Shown: positions 57,252 to 64,000 of the stretch, piece after piece
How positions within the stretch are numbered: the first letter of the stretch is position 1
How the letters are laid out: each line of letters starts with the position of its first letter
Origin: a virus
Taxonomy: Duplodnaviria; Caudoviricetes
Length of the DNA: 64,000 bases
IMG/VR virus record: IMGVR_UViG_3300042934_000565
Span: 1,028 to 65,027 of that record
Strand: one strand, 5' to 3'
Made by a program: the position numbers and the translations under genes
The notes under the pieces: generated by a model
The model's database searches: none
Seen by the model: the letters and a program-made list of their open reading frames with translations, nothing else
Told to the model about the DNA's origin: nothing

Positions 57252-57529
57252 ATGTGTCTCTTCTCAAAGTGGTTAACGTACATTGCTCGTGTGCTGAATG
57301 TTCTGCCCTCTACGGGGCACTGGACCTTATTACCTCGGAGCACGTACTTGGGCTCTTCGACCCCCTCGGGAAGTAGACCGCTCGGGGTAGGAGCCTCTTG
57401 GCGTGTATCCTGCAGGTTCGGCAGTTTGCCATTGCTCAACCCGAACATCTTTAGCTTCCTCTCGAAGCATCTCCATGATCACCGAGAAGACCTCGTCGGG
57501 AATCGCCCGTACCTTGATTGTGGCGTTGA

Positions 57530-57823
57530 TCATACGTCTTCACCGTGCTGGCGTCGATAGATCCAGATTCTATGGGCATCGTCGAGGAACTGCTCGCCGG
57601 CCCTCTCCAGCTCTATCATCCGACTCAGGGCATACCACTTGCGCGGCTCCCACCCTTTCTTCTCGATGTGGAAGTTGAAGATCCATGGCCCGACCCAGAC
57701 CATGAATGAGATCGGCTCCTTGGTGTCCGGGTTGCTCTTCCAATGCGGGATATACCCGATCCCCAGTCGGAATCCACGAGCTTTGACGACTTTGAGGTGT
57801 TTGCTTCGATATTTCACTGCCAT
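57530..57823 (-). CDS. Hypothetical protein, leaderless
   Basis: ATG 7 nt from TTGACT N17 TATGAT (57830-57858). Confidence 0.65.
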   Translation of the reverse strand: MAVKYRSKHLKVVKARGFRLGIGYIPHWKSNPDTKEPISFMVWVGPWIFNFHIEKKGWEPRKWYALSRMIELERAGEQFLDDAHRIWIYRRQHGEDV

Positions 57824-57860
57824 AGATCGATCATATCAATCCGCGTTACCAGAGTCAATG

Positions 57861-58118
57861 TTATCGATCCCTGCTCACGATCATCACGGGGTAGGCGCTC
57901 TTGTGATAGGGCTCAGTGACAACCACCGTGAACTGGCGCCACCACCCAGGCTCGCGCTTCGGACGAGACGCATCGAGCGCCTTTTTGACTGCCTCGTTGG
58001 GAATGATGCCGTGATCCCAGAACTCGGACATATCGATGGCCTCAGTCATATACCACTTGCCGCTCGGCTTGAAGTAATCGACCCTGACCATGCCGGGGTT
58101 CTCGCTGAAGTGTGTCAT
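57861..58118 (-). CDS. Conserved phage hypothetical protein
   Basis: VRVDYFKPSGKWY...EPYH..YPVM. Confidence 0.7.
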   Translation of the reverse strand: MTHFSENPGMVRVDYFKPSGKWYMTEAIDMSEFWDHGIIPNEAVKKALDASRPKREPGWWRQFTVVVTEPYHKSAYPVMIVSRDR

Positions 58119-58648
58119 CGGAGCTTCCAGCCCTGATGCTCGATCGCCAGACGGAGCTCATTCAGCGCCGCCTCAGCTGTGGGCCCGGTCCTCGCCATCT
58201 CCACCAGTGAAGACTTTGGCGAGGGGCCGCCGTGGGTTATACTGCCCCCATATCTGAGCCGCGCAACAATCGACGCCGTCCACTCAATCGAAGCAGTGAT
58301 CGGTTCGCCATTGTACAGCTGCCGCTCGGTCTCCTCGACCATCATCACGTCCGAAAGCTCGAACCAGTATCCAGTTGTGCTCGGCGGAGTCGGTGTCTCC
58401 ACACCATCGGGTATCACTTTCCCAGGCCTCCAGCCCTCGTGCCAATCAGTCATTTCTTCCTCCGTTGCCGCTTTTACGTAATTCAGTGAGTAGTACTTCA
58501 ACTCCTTAACGCCATCGAACATCACACGAGCGTCACCCCTACTTGACAGTCCCATGAATGTGCCTCGCCTGGCCCTCATGTAAGGCACTCTGACTACGAC
58601 CGGGTCGCCCTCCGTAAGTACAACGACCTCCCGAAACTCCTCGCTCAT
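58115..58648 (-). CDS. Hypothetical protein
   Basis: ATGA-coupled on both sides. Confidence 0.65.
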   Translation of the reverse strand: MSEEFREVVVLTEGDPVVVRVPYMRARRGTFMGLSSRGDARVMFDGVKELKYYSLNYVKAATEEEMTDWHEGWRPGKVIPDGVETPTPPSTTGYWFELSDVMMVEETERQLYNGEPITASIEWTASIVARLRYGGSITHGGPSPKSSLVEMARTGPTAEAALNELRLAIEHQGWKLR

Positions 58649-59085
58649 TTCTCTCCCTCGATAGACGTAGGATGTGCTGCTTGAGCCTTGCTCTCACTGA
58701 CCCTGTCAGCCTCCTCGCTGGTAGACTCAGGCTCTGTGAGCACCTCTACCGGCCGGTATGGGGTCGAGCCATCCGGCGCCCAGTGATCCGGCCAGTGTAC
58801 CTCCATGATCCGACCAGGGCCCACCTTGAAGCCCTCAGTGTCCAGCTCCGGCGCTCTTACTACCAGAGGCCGAGAGTTGGGGTGCGGCAGTGGGTATCCG
58901 CGCGCTTGCCAGGTCTCAGTAAGCCTTCTCCGACTTACTCGCTTGCCACCATCTCTATACAAGTCCGAGATATGCCCAGAGTGATCGATGTAGTGCTCGT
59001 TGAGTCCGATCACGGTCTCGAGCGAATAGTACCGGGCGACTTCCCAGTAAACCGGCACCGTCAGGGGTGTGGGCAGCGGGTTCAC
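58645..59085 (-). CDS. Hypothetical protein
   Basis: Coupled on both sides. Confidence 0.6.
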   Translation of the reverse strand: MNPLPTPLTVPVYWEVARYYSLETVIGLNEHYIDHSGHISDLYRDGGKRVSRRRLTETWQARGYPLPHPNSRPLVVRAPELDTEGFKVGPGRIMEVHWPDHWAPDGSTPYRPVEVLTEPESTSEEADRVSESKAQAAHPTSIEGEK

Positions 59086-59426
59086 TCGGCGATCACCTCT
59101 GAGAGATGCACCAGGTGTCCAAAGGCGCCGATCTTCACGTACAGCACGTTGTCATCGGTGGGCAGACCATTGAGGCCGCTTCGAAGCCCGTAGATCAGGC
59201 AGGCGGGATTGCCCTCGGCGAACATCCATGACCCTCCGGTCAAGGAATCCCAGTAGTCTTCGACCTCGGCCTCGTGCTCCTGAGGGTATCCTTGGGTGTC
59301 GACCTGGAAGTGGCCTTTGCCGGCGAACTTCACCTTGATCTTCTCGTAGCGGCCGAAGATCGGGCGGCCCTTGGCGTCCAGGTTCTGGATGGGGGCGGGG
59401 TTCTGGGTGGGGTTCTGGTCAGGCAT
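59082..59426 (-). CDS. Conserved phage hypothetical protein
   Basis: EDYWD..TGGSWM...GNPACLIY..GLPTDDNVLY.KIG.FGHLVH.SE. Confidence 0.75.
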   Translation of the reverse strand: MPDQNPTQNPAPIQNLDAKGRPIFGRYEKIKVKFAGKGHFQVDTQGYPQEHEAEVEDYWDSLTGGSWMFAEGNPACLIYGLRSGLNGLPTDDNVLYVKIGAFGHLVHLSEVIAE

Positions 59427-59652
59427 TGATAATCCTTTGTGCGGTGGCGATTGAGAGGGGGATTTTGAGTTCGACGGTCAGGAGCGGGGCTTCTGGGCCT
59501 GACTGCTCAAGCGACCAATCGGTGAGTGCCGAGTGAGTGGCGAGGTAATGATCGACGCTCAGACCCATAGCTCTCAGAATCTCAGCGGTTCGTTCGGGGC
59601 TGTCAGGTTTCAGGATTGCCATGCCTCTATCATATCGACTCGGTTTGCTCAT
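59419..59652 (-). CDS. Hypothetical protein
   Basis: Overlaps the next gene's start. Confidence 0.5.
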   Translation of the reverse strand: MSKPSRYDRGMAILKPDSPERTAEILRAMGLSVDHYLATHSALTDWSLEQSGPEAPLLTVELKIPLSIATAQRIINA

Positions 59653-59927
59653 CGCAATGTCGGGGATACCTCGACGACCTTATTGACGATGAAGGAGCAT
59701 ACGTGGGTAGACGTTTTTCAGGAGAGAGCACAGTCAGCACGAAGTACGGTCTCGAAGGCCCCTTCGAATATTTGAATTGAATTTTAGGGGAGGGGTTCGA
59801 ACATATATTCGTTATCAAACCGTTATCAAATATATGTCTTGATTGTCCCGATTGTCCCCATTGTCCGATAGACTAAAAGCGTTCGATCAACCGATTGAAC
59901 GAAATCGAAAATCAAGGGGATGAAACA

Positions 59928-60161
59928 ATGGCCGCATCGAATGCAAACGCAAAGAACCTTTCGATTCAGGAAGTCGCTGATCGAATCGAAGTCCCTGCGA
60001 AGACAATTCGAAAGGTTCTTCGCGCCAATTCCGAAAAGGAAAATCAGCCGGGACGTGGGGGCCGATGGATTGTCGCTGAAAGCGATATCGAAAAGCTCCG
60101 CGCGCTGATCAATTCGCACACGGCGAAAAGCGCAACGGTCGCACAATTCAGCGATGACTGA
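59928..60161 (+). CDS. Small MerR/excisionase-like HTH protein (paralog 4)
   Basis: LSIQEVADRIEVPAKTIRKVLR...QPGRGGRWIV; AAGGGG RBS. Confidence 0.8.
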   Translation: MAASNANAKNLSIQEVADRIEVPAKTIRKVLRANSEKENQPGRGGRWIVAESDIEKLRALINSHTAKSATVAQFSDD

Positions 60162-60171
60162 ATGACCGAAT

Positions 60172-60210
60172 AGGATATCCCGCCCATTGAATTGGGCGGG
60201 ATATTCTTTT
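60172..60210 (+). terminator. Intrinsic terminator
   Basis: GGATATCCCGCCCA...TGGGCGGGATATTC + TTTT. Confidence 0.9.
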
Positions 60211-60314
60211 ATCATTTTTTATATTCATATGAATATAGTCCCGCGCGGGGAGTATATGGCGTATACGGGGAAAGTGCGGAATGCGCGGAATTCGGAGAGA
60301 ATGCGGAGAATACG

Positions 60315-60573
60315 GGGAAGCGCTTTCCGCGACCCAATCATGGGAAAGCGGTTTCCTAGAGAGGGGGGACGCCCCGCATGCTTGCTATTGCCCCTGCTAT
60401 CAAACCCCCTCAGATCGCCCCCTATGCCCGGGGGAGTGCATGCGCGTTTCGGGGCAACCCCCCGACGGATATATATTCACTGGGGAAGAAGTGTTCGAAA
60501 GTGGACTCTCGGAAAGCGCTTTCCATTCGAACATTCTTCCGAAGAGGGGAGAGCGCCGGAAAGCGCTTGCCGG
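60315..60573. repeat. Four copies of the palindrome GGAAAGCGCTTTCC
   Basis: 60315-60328, 60343-60356, 60511-60524 (perfect), 60558-60571. Confidence 0.85.
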
Positions 60574-60927
60574 AACACAGAGAACGGAATAATTTTCACT
60601 CCGCAAAGTCCGCTGGAACTAGGGCGGTCCGCCGCTGCCCAGCCGATCTCCGACTCCGCGAATTCCTTTTGCGATGCGCGATCGATGCATGATCAGAGAA
60701 TGCTCCAGGGAGTCATAGAATCATGTCCCTGATTCCCCAATGATCGAGCATGCATCATCGATCGATTCGATATGTCAGGCGATTAGGGATCGATCTGCGA
60801 TCTTATTCCTCAGCTTCCAGCCAGTCCGTTCCGTCCACACCTGCATTCTGCGAGCGCTGTCTCTCGATTCCGTGGGCAGACACAAAGAAACCCCGAGTTT
60901 CCTCGAGGCTCCTTGTGGGTCCTTCAG

Positions 60928-61191
60928 TTACCCGTACATCTCGTCATACTCCATCTGCCGTTCCAGCATGTACGCGAAATCCGGATCGTGCATTGCTCTG
61001 TAGACGTCCTGCTTGATCTTCTCATCGGACCCGTACTTCTGTCCGTTGCAGTCTCCTCTTTCGTGACCGCAGCATGGGAAGTCTTCGCAAACCCCACCTT
61101 GCTGTTGGATCTGGCACGAGTGATTCTGCATCAGTGCCATGTCGTCTGTGCAGCTGAACCCACATTCCGAACAAGTCATCTCGATAGCCAT
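60928..61191 (-). CDS. Small Cys-rich hypothetical protein
   Basis: CSECG...CEDFPCCGH; GGGAGG RBS. Confidence 0.7.
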   Translation of the reverse strand: MAIEMTCSECGFSCTDDMALMQNHSCQIQQQGGVCEDFPCCGHERGDCNGQKYGSDEKIKQDVYRAMHDPDFAYMLERQMEYDEMYG

Positions 61192-61205
61192 GTCCCGGTC
61201 CTCCC

Positions 61206-61553
61206 TTACTTCTTCACTTCACCGCAGCGCTTGCAGATTCCCATGCGGTCCTCGTGGCCCCAAATCTTGCAGGCTCCGACGTGACCTTCCTTGATCGTCC
61301 GATCCGTCCAGTGAGCGTCATCCGGCTGAGCCAGTGGGAACGAATCCTTGTAGCTCCGAAGGATGGAGTCATCCAAGACCTTCCCCGTGTCGAGGTTCTC
61401 GATGACGTAGCGTTCCCGATTCCCCGTCTTCTTGAACTCGTACTCCATGTCCCTCTGTGCCAACTCCAGAGTGGCGAAGTGTGCGTAGTAGTCCTTGTTG
61501 CGGCAGGATACCTGGAAGGGCTTGTGGGTGGGAGTGTGGGTGTTGTTGGTCAT
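61206..61553 (-). CDS. Hypothetical protein
   Basis: AAGGAG RBS; own promoter TTGACC N16 TATGAT (61602-61629). Confidence 0.7.
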   Translation of the reverse strand: MTNNTHTPTHKPFQVSCRNKDYYAHFATLELAQRDMEYEFKKTGNRERYVIENLDTGKVLDDSILRSYKDSFPLAQPDDAHWTDRTIKEGHVGACKIWGHEDRMGICKRCGEVKK

Positions 61554-61703
61554 TTCTTCATCTCCTTCGGTGTTTCGAAGTTCAGATTTGATCTTCGATC
61601 AATCATACCATCGTAGAACCAAAGGTCAAGGCTTCCCGTTGACATTGTTATAAACCGTGATCTCCCTATTCCCCGTTTTCTGTCGAGAACCTATTCCCAG
61701 CCG

Positions 61704-61730
61704 TCCCGTCTCTCCCGTCTCTCCCGTCTA
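61704..61730. repeat. Tandem 9-mer TCCCGTCTC x3
   Basis: TCCCGTCTC TCCCGTCTC TCCCGTCTA in an intergenic gap. Confidence 0.8.
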
Positions 61731-61851
61731 CGGAGAATGGCGGAGTTCTCGACGGAACCAAGAGAAACTCTGGAACGGAATAATTTGAACTCTCCCAAAC
61801 ACACTGGAACTCGAGTACGCGTGGCGTGCGTACCCGAGCCAGCCTGTGCGT

Positions 61852-62289
61852 CTATTGCTGCGAGCGCTGTGCTTCCATGTTCTTCATGACCTCGTTGTAG
61901 AAGTCCCACTGGTGGCGGTAGGCCCTGGCGAGGAGGTCAACGAGTCGGTCATCCTCGAGATAGTCGGTGAGCTCCTGTTCGAGCTTGGTGAGCCCAGTTC
62001 GGGGATCGATGATGTTGTTGATCTGGTCATCGGTCAGTTCGTCAGCTCGGTCCGTGAGCAGGATCAGGGCTTCGGCGTTAGCCACCACATCGTCCTGTGA
62101 GTCGCCGATCAGATCTTCAGCGAGGTGAGTCCAAAAGATGTCATCGGTGGGTCCATAGTAGTCAGCCTCGGTGAAGGCTTCAACGGTGTCTCGGAAGGCA
62201 TTGGGAAAGTTGGATGCACTGGCGATCTCAGATGAGATGAACCAGGTGGCGTAGGTCTCGAAGGTGAGTGAGATGCGGGTGATGGACAT
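61852..62289 (-). CDS. Acidic hypothetical early protein
   Basis: AGGAG RBS, 145 aa. Confidence 0.7.
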   Translation of the reverse strand: MSITRISLTFETYATWFISSEIASASNFPNAFRDTVEAFTEADYYGPTDDIFWTHLAEDLIGDSQDDVVANAEALILLTDRADELTDDQINNIIDPRTGLTKLEQELTDYLEDDRLVDLLARAYRHQWDFYNEVMKNMEAQRSQQ

Positions 62290-62291
62290 GG

Positions 62292-62660
62292 TCAGTTCTC
62301 CTCGATACGTCGTGCGAAGTTGTCCGTCAGACGACGGAGGGTCTTCCGAGCGGCCAGGCGCTGGTGGATGCGTTCCTTGAAGTAATCCCCGGAGCTGTCG
62401 TTGGCGTCGTCCTGGAGGTTTGTGATGAGTTCGACCAGGTCCTCCTCGGCAGGGTCCATGTCGGTCAGCGCGAGTGCGGCCGGCATGTTCATCATCAGCA
62501 GGGTGTAGAGATAGAAGATGCTCATGTCATCTTCGGTCGGATCGTACTCCATGGCAACTTCGATGTAGTCCATGGCGTCATCGGTCAGAGCGTCGGCCAG
62601 GTCACGTTCGTGTCCCATGAAGCTGTCGGCAGGGGCGTTGTCGAGATCGTAGTTAGTCAT
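62292..62660 (-). CDS. Acidic hypothetical early protein
   Basis: AAGGAGG RBS, very D/E-rich. Confidence 0.75.
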   Translation of the reverse strand: MTNYDLDNAPADSFMGHERDLADALTDDAMDYIEVAMEYDPTEDDMSIFYLYTLLMMNMPAALALTDMDPAEEDLVELITNLQDDANDSSGDYFKERIHQRLAARKTLRRLTDNFARRIEEN

Positions 62661-62692
62661 TGGTCAGTCCTCCTTGTTGTGTGGGTGAGTGT

Positions 62693-63145
62693 TCAGGTGT
62701 CGTGTCCGGGAAAGTACTGGCGGATGACGCGGCATTCCTCGGGATCGTCATCGAAGCATGAGGCGTAATCGTCGTGGTGTACCGGGCAGACCGAGTTTTC
62801 GAGGCAGAGTGTCGAAATCAAGTCGCGAGAGTAAGGGTCGGCGCAGAGGACTTTGTAGGCGTGGGTCAGATGGCCGGCGATGAGATCGACTCGTTTGTGA
62901 ATTTCGGGTTGGTCGATGTATTCCTCGAGATAGTAGGTGGTGTCGAGCGGCTCGGTCTCGTCTTCGTCGCGGCAGAGCAGATCACGAAGCATTTCCTGTC
63001 CGAGATCGTAGATGTCGTCCGGTCGGTAGGGGTGAGTCTGTTCGTAGGGCCGCGTCGTGAGAGAGCGGATGTAGTCACGAGCGAGTGATCGATCGTAGGA
63101 GGTGTAGGCCTTGGGAGCGTCTTCGGGCGTCGGTAGGGTAGTCAT
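62693..63145 (-). CDS. Acidic hypothetical protein with Cys/His motif
   Basis: CPVHHDDYASCFDDDPEEC; promoter TTGACA N18 TAAAAT (63189-63218). Confidence 0.7.
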   Translation of the reverse strand: MTTLPTPEDAPKAYTSYDRSLARDYIRSLTTRPYEQTHPYRPDDIYDLGQEMLRDLLCRDEDETEPLDTTYYLEEYIDQPEIHKRVDLIAGHLTHAYKVLCADPYSRDLISTLCLENSVCPVHHDDYASCFDDDPEECRVIRQYFPGHDT

Positions 63146-63383
63146 GGGATCGTTCCTTTCGATTCCTGCATCGCGATTGCGATAATTCATTTTATCAAAC
63201 CCAGTCAACCGATGTCAAACCCTGGGGAGATTAACTCCCGAAGTCCGCGAGATACTGCGCAAGATTCCCGATGACCGAAGCGATCATGTCCACGTGCTCC
63301 TTTTCCTGCTCCGGATCACCCGTGTTGTCGATGACAAGCTGGGCCAAGTAGTTGCTCTGTGATGTGTTAACCATTTCTCTTCC

Positions 63384-63617
63384 TTACTCGTAGTAGATGA
63401 TGTCGTCGATGACGAAGAACGTCTTCCCCAGCCCGTTCGCCCCACCGTCCCAGTGGCAGTTGTTGCTGTCTTCCGTCTGGCACTCCGGGTACCATTTGCC
63501 GTCCGGACCGATCCCGGCTCCGATATCCATGCTCCACACCAGCATGATTCCGAGGATCGCCCCCATCACGATCCCTCCAACGATGCGATCCCAACGGATC
63601 TTGAACTTCTTAGCCAT
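63384..63617 (-). CDS. Small membrane protein
   Basis: TM helix, then PECQTEDSNNCHWD..GNG.G actinophage motif. Confidence 0.75.
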   Translation of the reverse strand: MAKKFKIRWDRIVGGIVMGAILGIMLVWSMDIGAGIGPDGKWYPECQTEDSNNCHWDGGANGLGKTFFVIDDIIYYE

Positions 63618-63841
63618 TACTCAAACCTCCCACCGAGCTGGTAGTATCCTTCGCATCCGACTGCGATCGTCCATGGCCTGTCCGGGCCCTCACCGAGGAT
63701 GACCAGGTGATCTGGCGTCACCTCGAGATACGATCCCCACTCACCATCGCATTCCGAGCAACGGTGAATCTGTTCCAGTTCCTCTCCTTGCTTCACATCT
63801 TCGACGAGATACTGGATCACCGAGGTATTGATGAGAGTCAT
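63617..63841 (-). CDS. Hypothetical protein
   Basis: Downstream of the promoter TTGACA N17 TATGAT (63874-63902); coupled to the next gene. Confidence 0.6.
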   Translation of the reverse strand: MTLINTSVIQYLVEDVKQGEELEQIHRCSECDGEWGSYLEVTPDHLVILGEGPDRPWTIAVGCEGYYQLGGRFE

Positions 63842-64000
63842 TTCATTCCCCTTTCGCGATTGATCATGGGAATATCATATCAATCCCGTGAACCTATGTC
63901 AAACCCCCTCTCATTCTCCGTACTGGTACGATCCTGCGCCTCGAGAACGCTTGGGCATGGCGGCGTCGACTGAGTGGATCAGTTGCTGCAGGAAGTCATT

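Noticed and set aside
1-64000. Prophage / integration cassette
   Set aside because: No integrase, ParAB or CI-like repressor recognised and no host housekeeping flanks.
1-64000. Apparent abundance of TCGA/CTCGAG/GATC as a sign of modified DNA
   Set aside because: Not counted; readily explained by CTC-GAG, ATC-GAN and GTC-GAN codon pairs.
1-64000. Stop-codon reassignment
   Set aside because: Core genes are full length in the standard code, TAA/TAG/TGA all terminate genes, and no suppressor tRNA is present.

Overview
This window is most of the genome of a tailed dsDNA siphophage, very probably an actinobacteriophage: GC-rich codons, a DUF3039 gene, several leaderless SigA-type promoters, and an M23/amidase lysin. 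No integrase or immunity cassette is recognisable, so it is probably lytic. Most genes are on the minus strand. From high to low coordinates they are: small early genes (55-64 kb); TerS-like, JAB, lysin and holin genes (50-55 kb); terminase, portal, capsid and tail genes (28-50 kb); SNF2 helicase, a pyrimidine-nucleotide cassette and a UDG-fused PolA (18-27 kb); Cas4-like, Sak4, SSB and VRR-NUC genes (12.5-16.5 kb); and a primase-helicase (6.6-8.7 kb). Four features stand out. (1) The nucleotide cassette has TWO thymidylate-synthase-fold genes, both with Asp at the dCMP-specificity position, plus a dCTPase/dUTPase, dNMP kinase and dCMP deaminase; this is a candidate cytosine-modification or alternative dTMP pathway. 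(2) A ~1 kb non-coding block holds two tRNAs interleaved with unexplained stem-closed RNA units and a 4-copy motif. (3) Four dispersed paralogous MerR/Xis-like HTH genes are all on the minority strand. (4) A non-coding nested inverted-repeat region carries four LacI-operator-like palindromes. All calls come from reading motifs by eye; no database searches were run.
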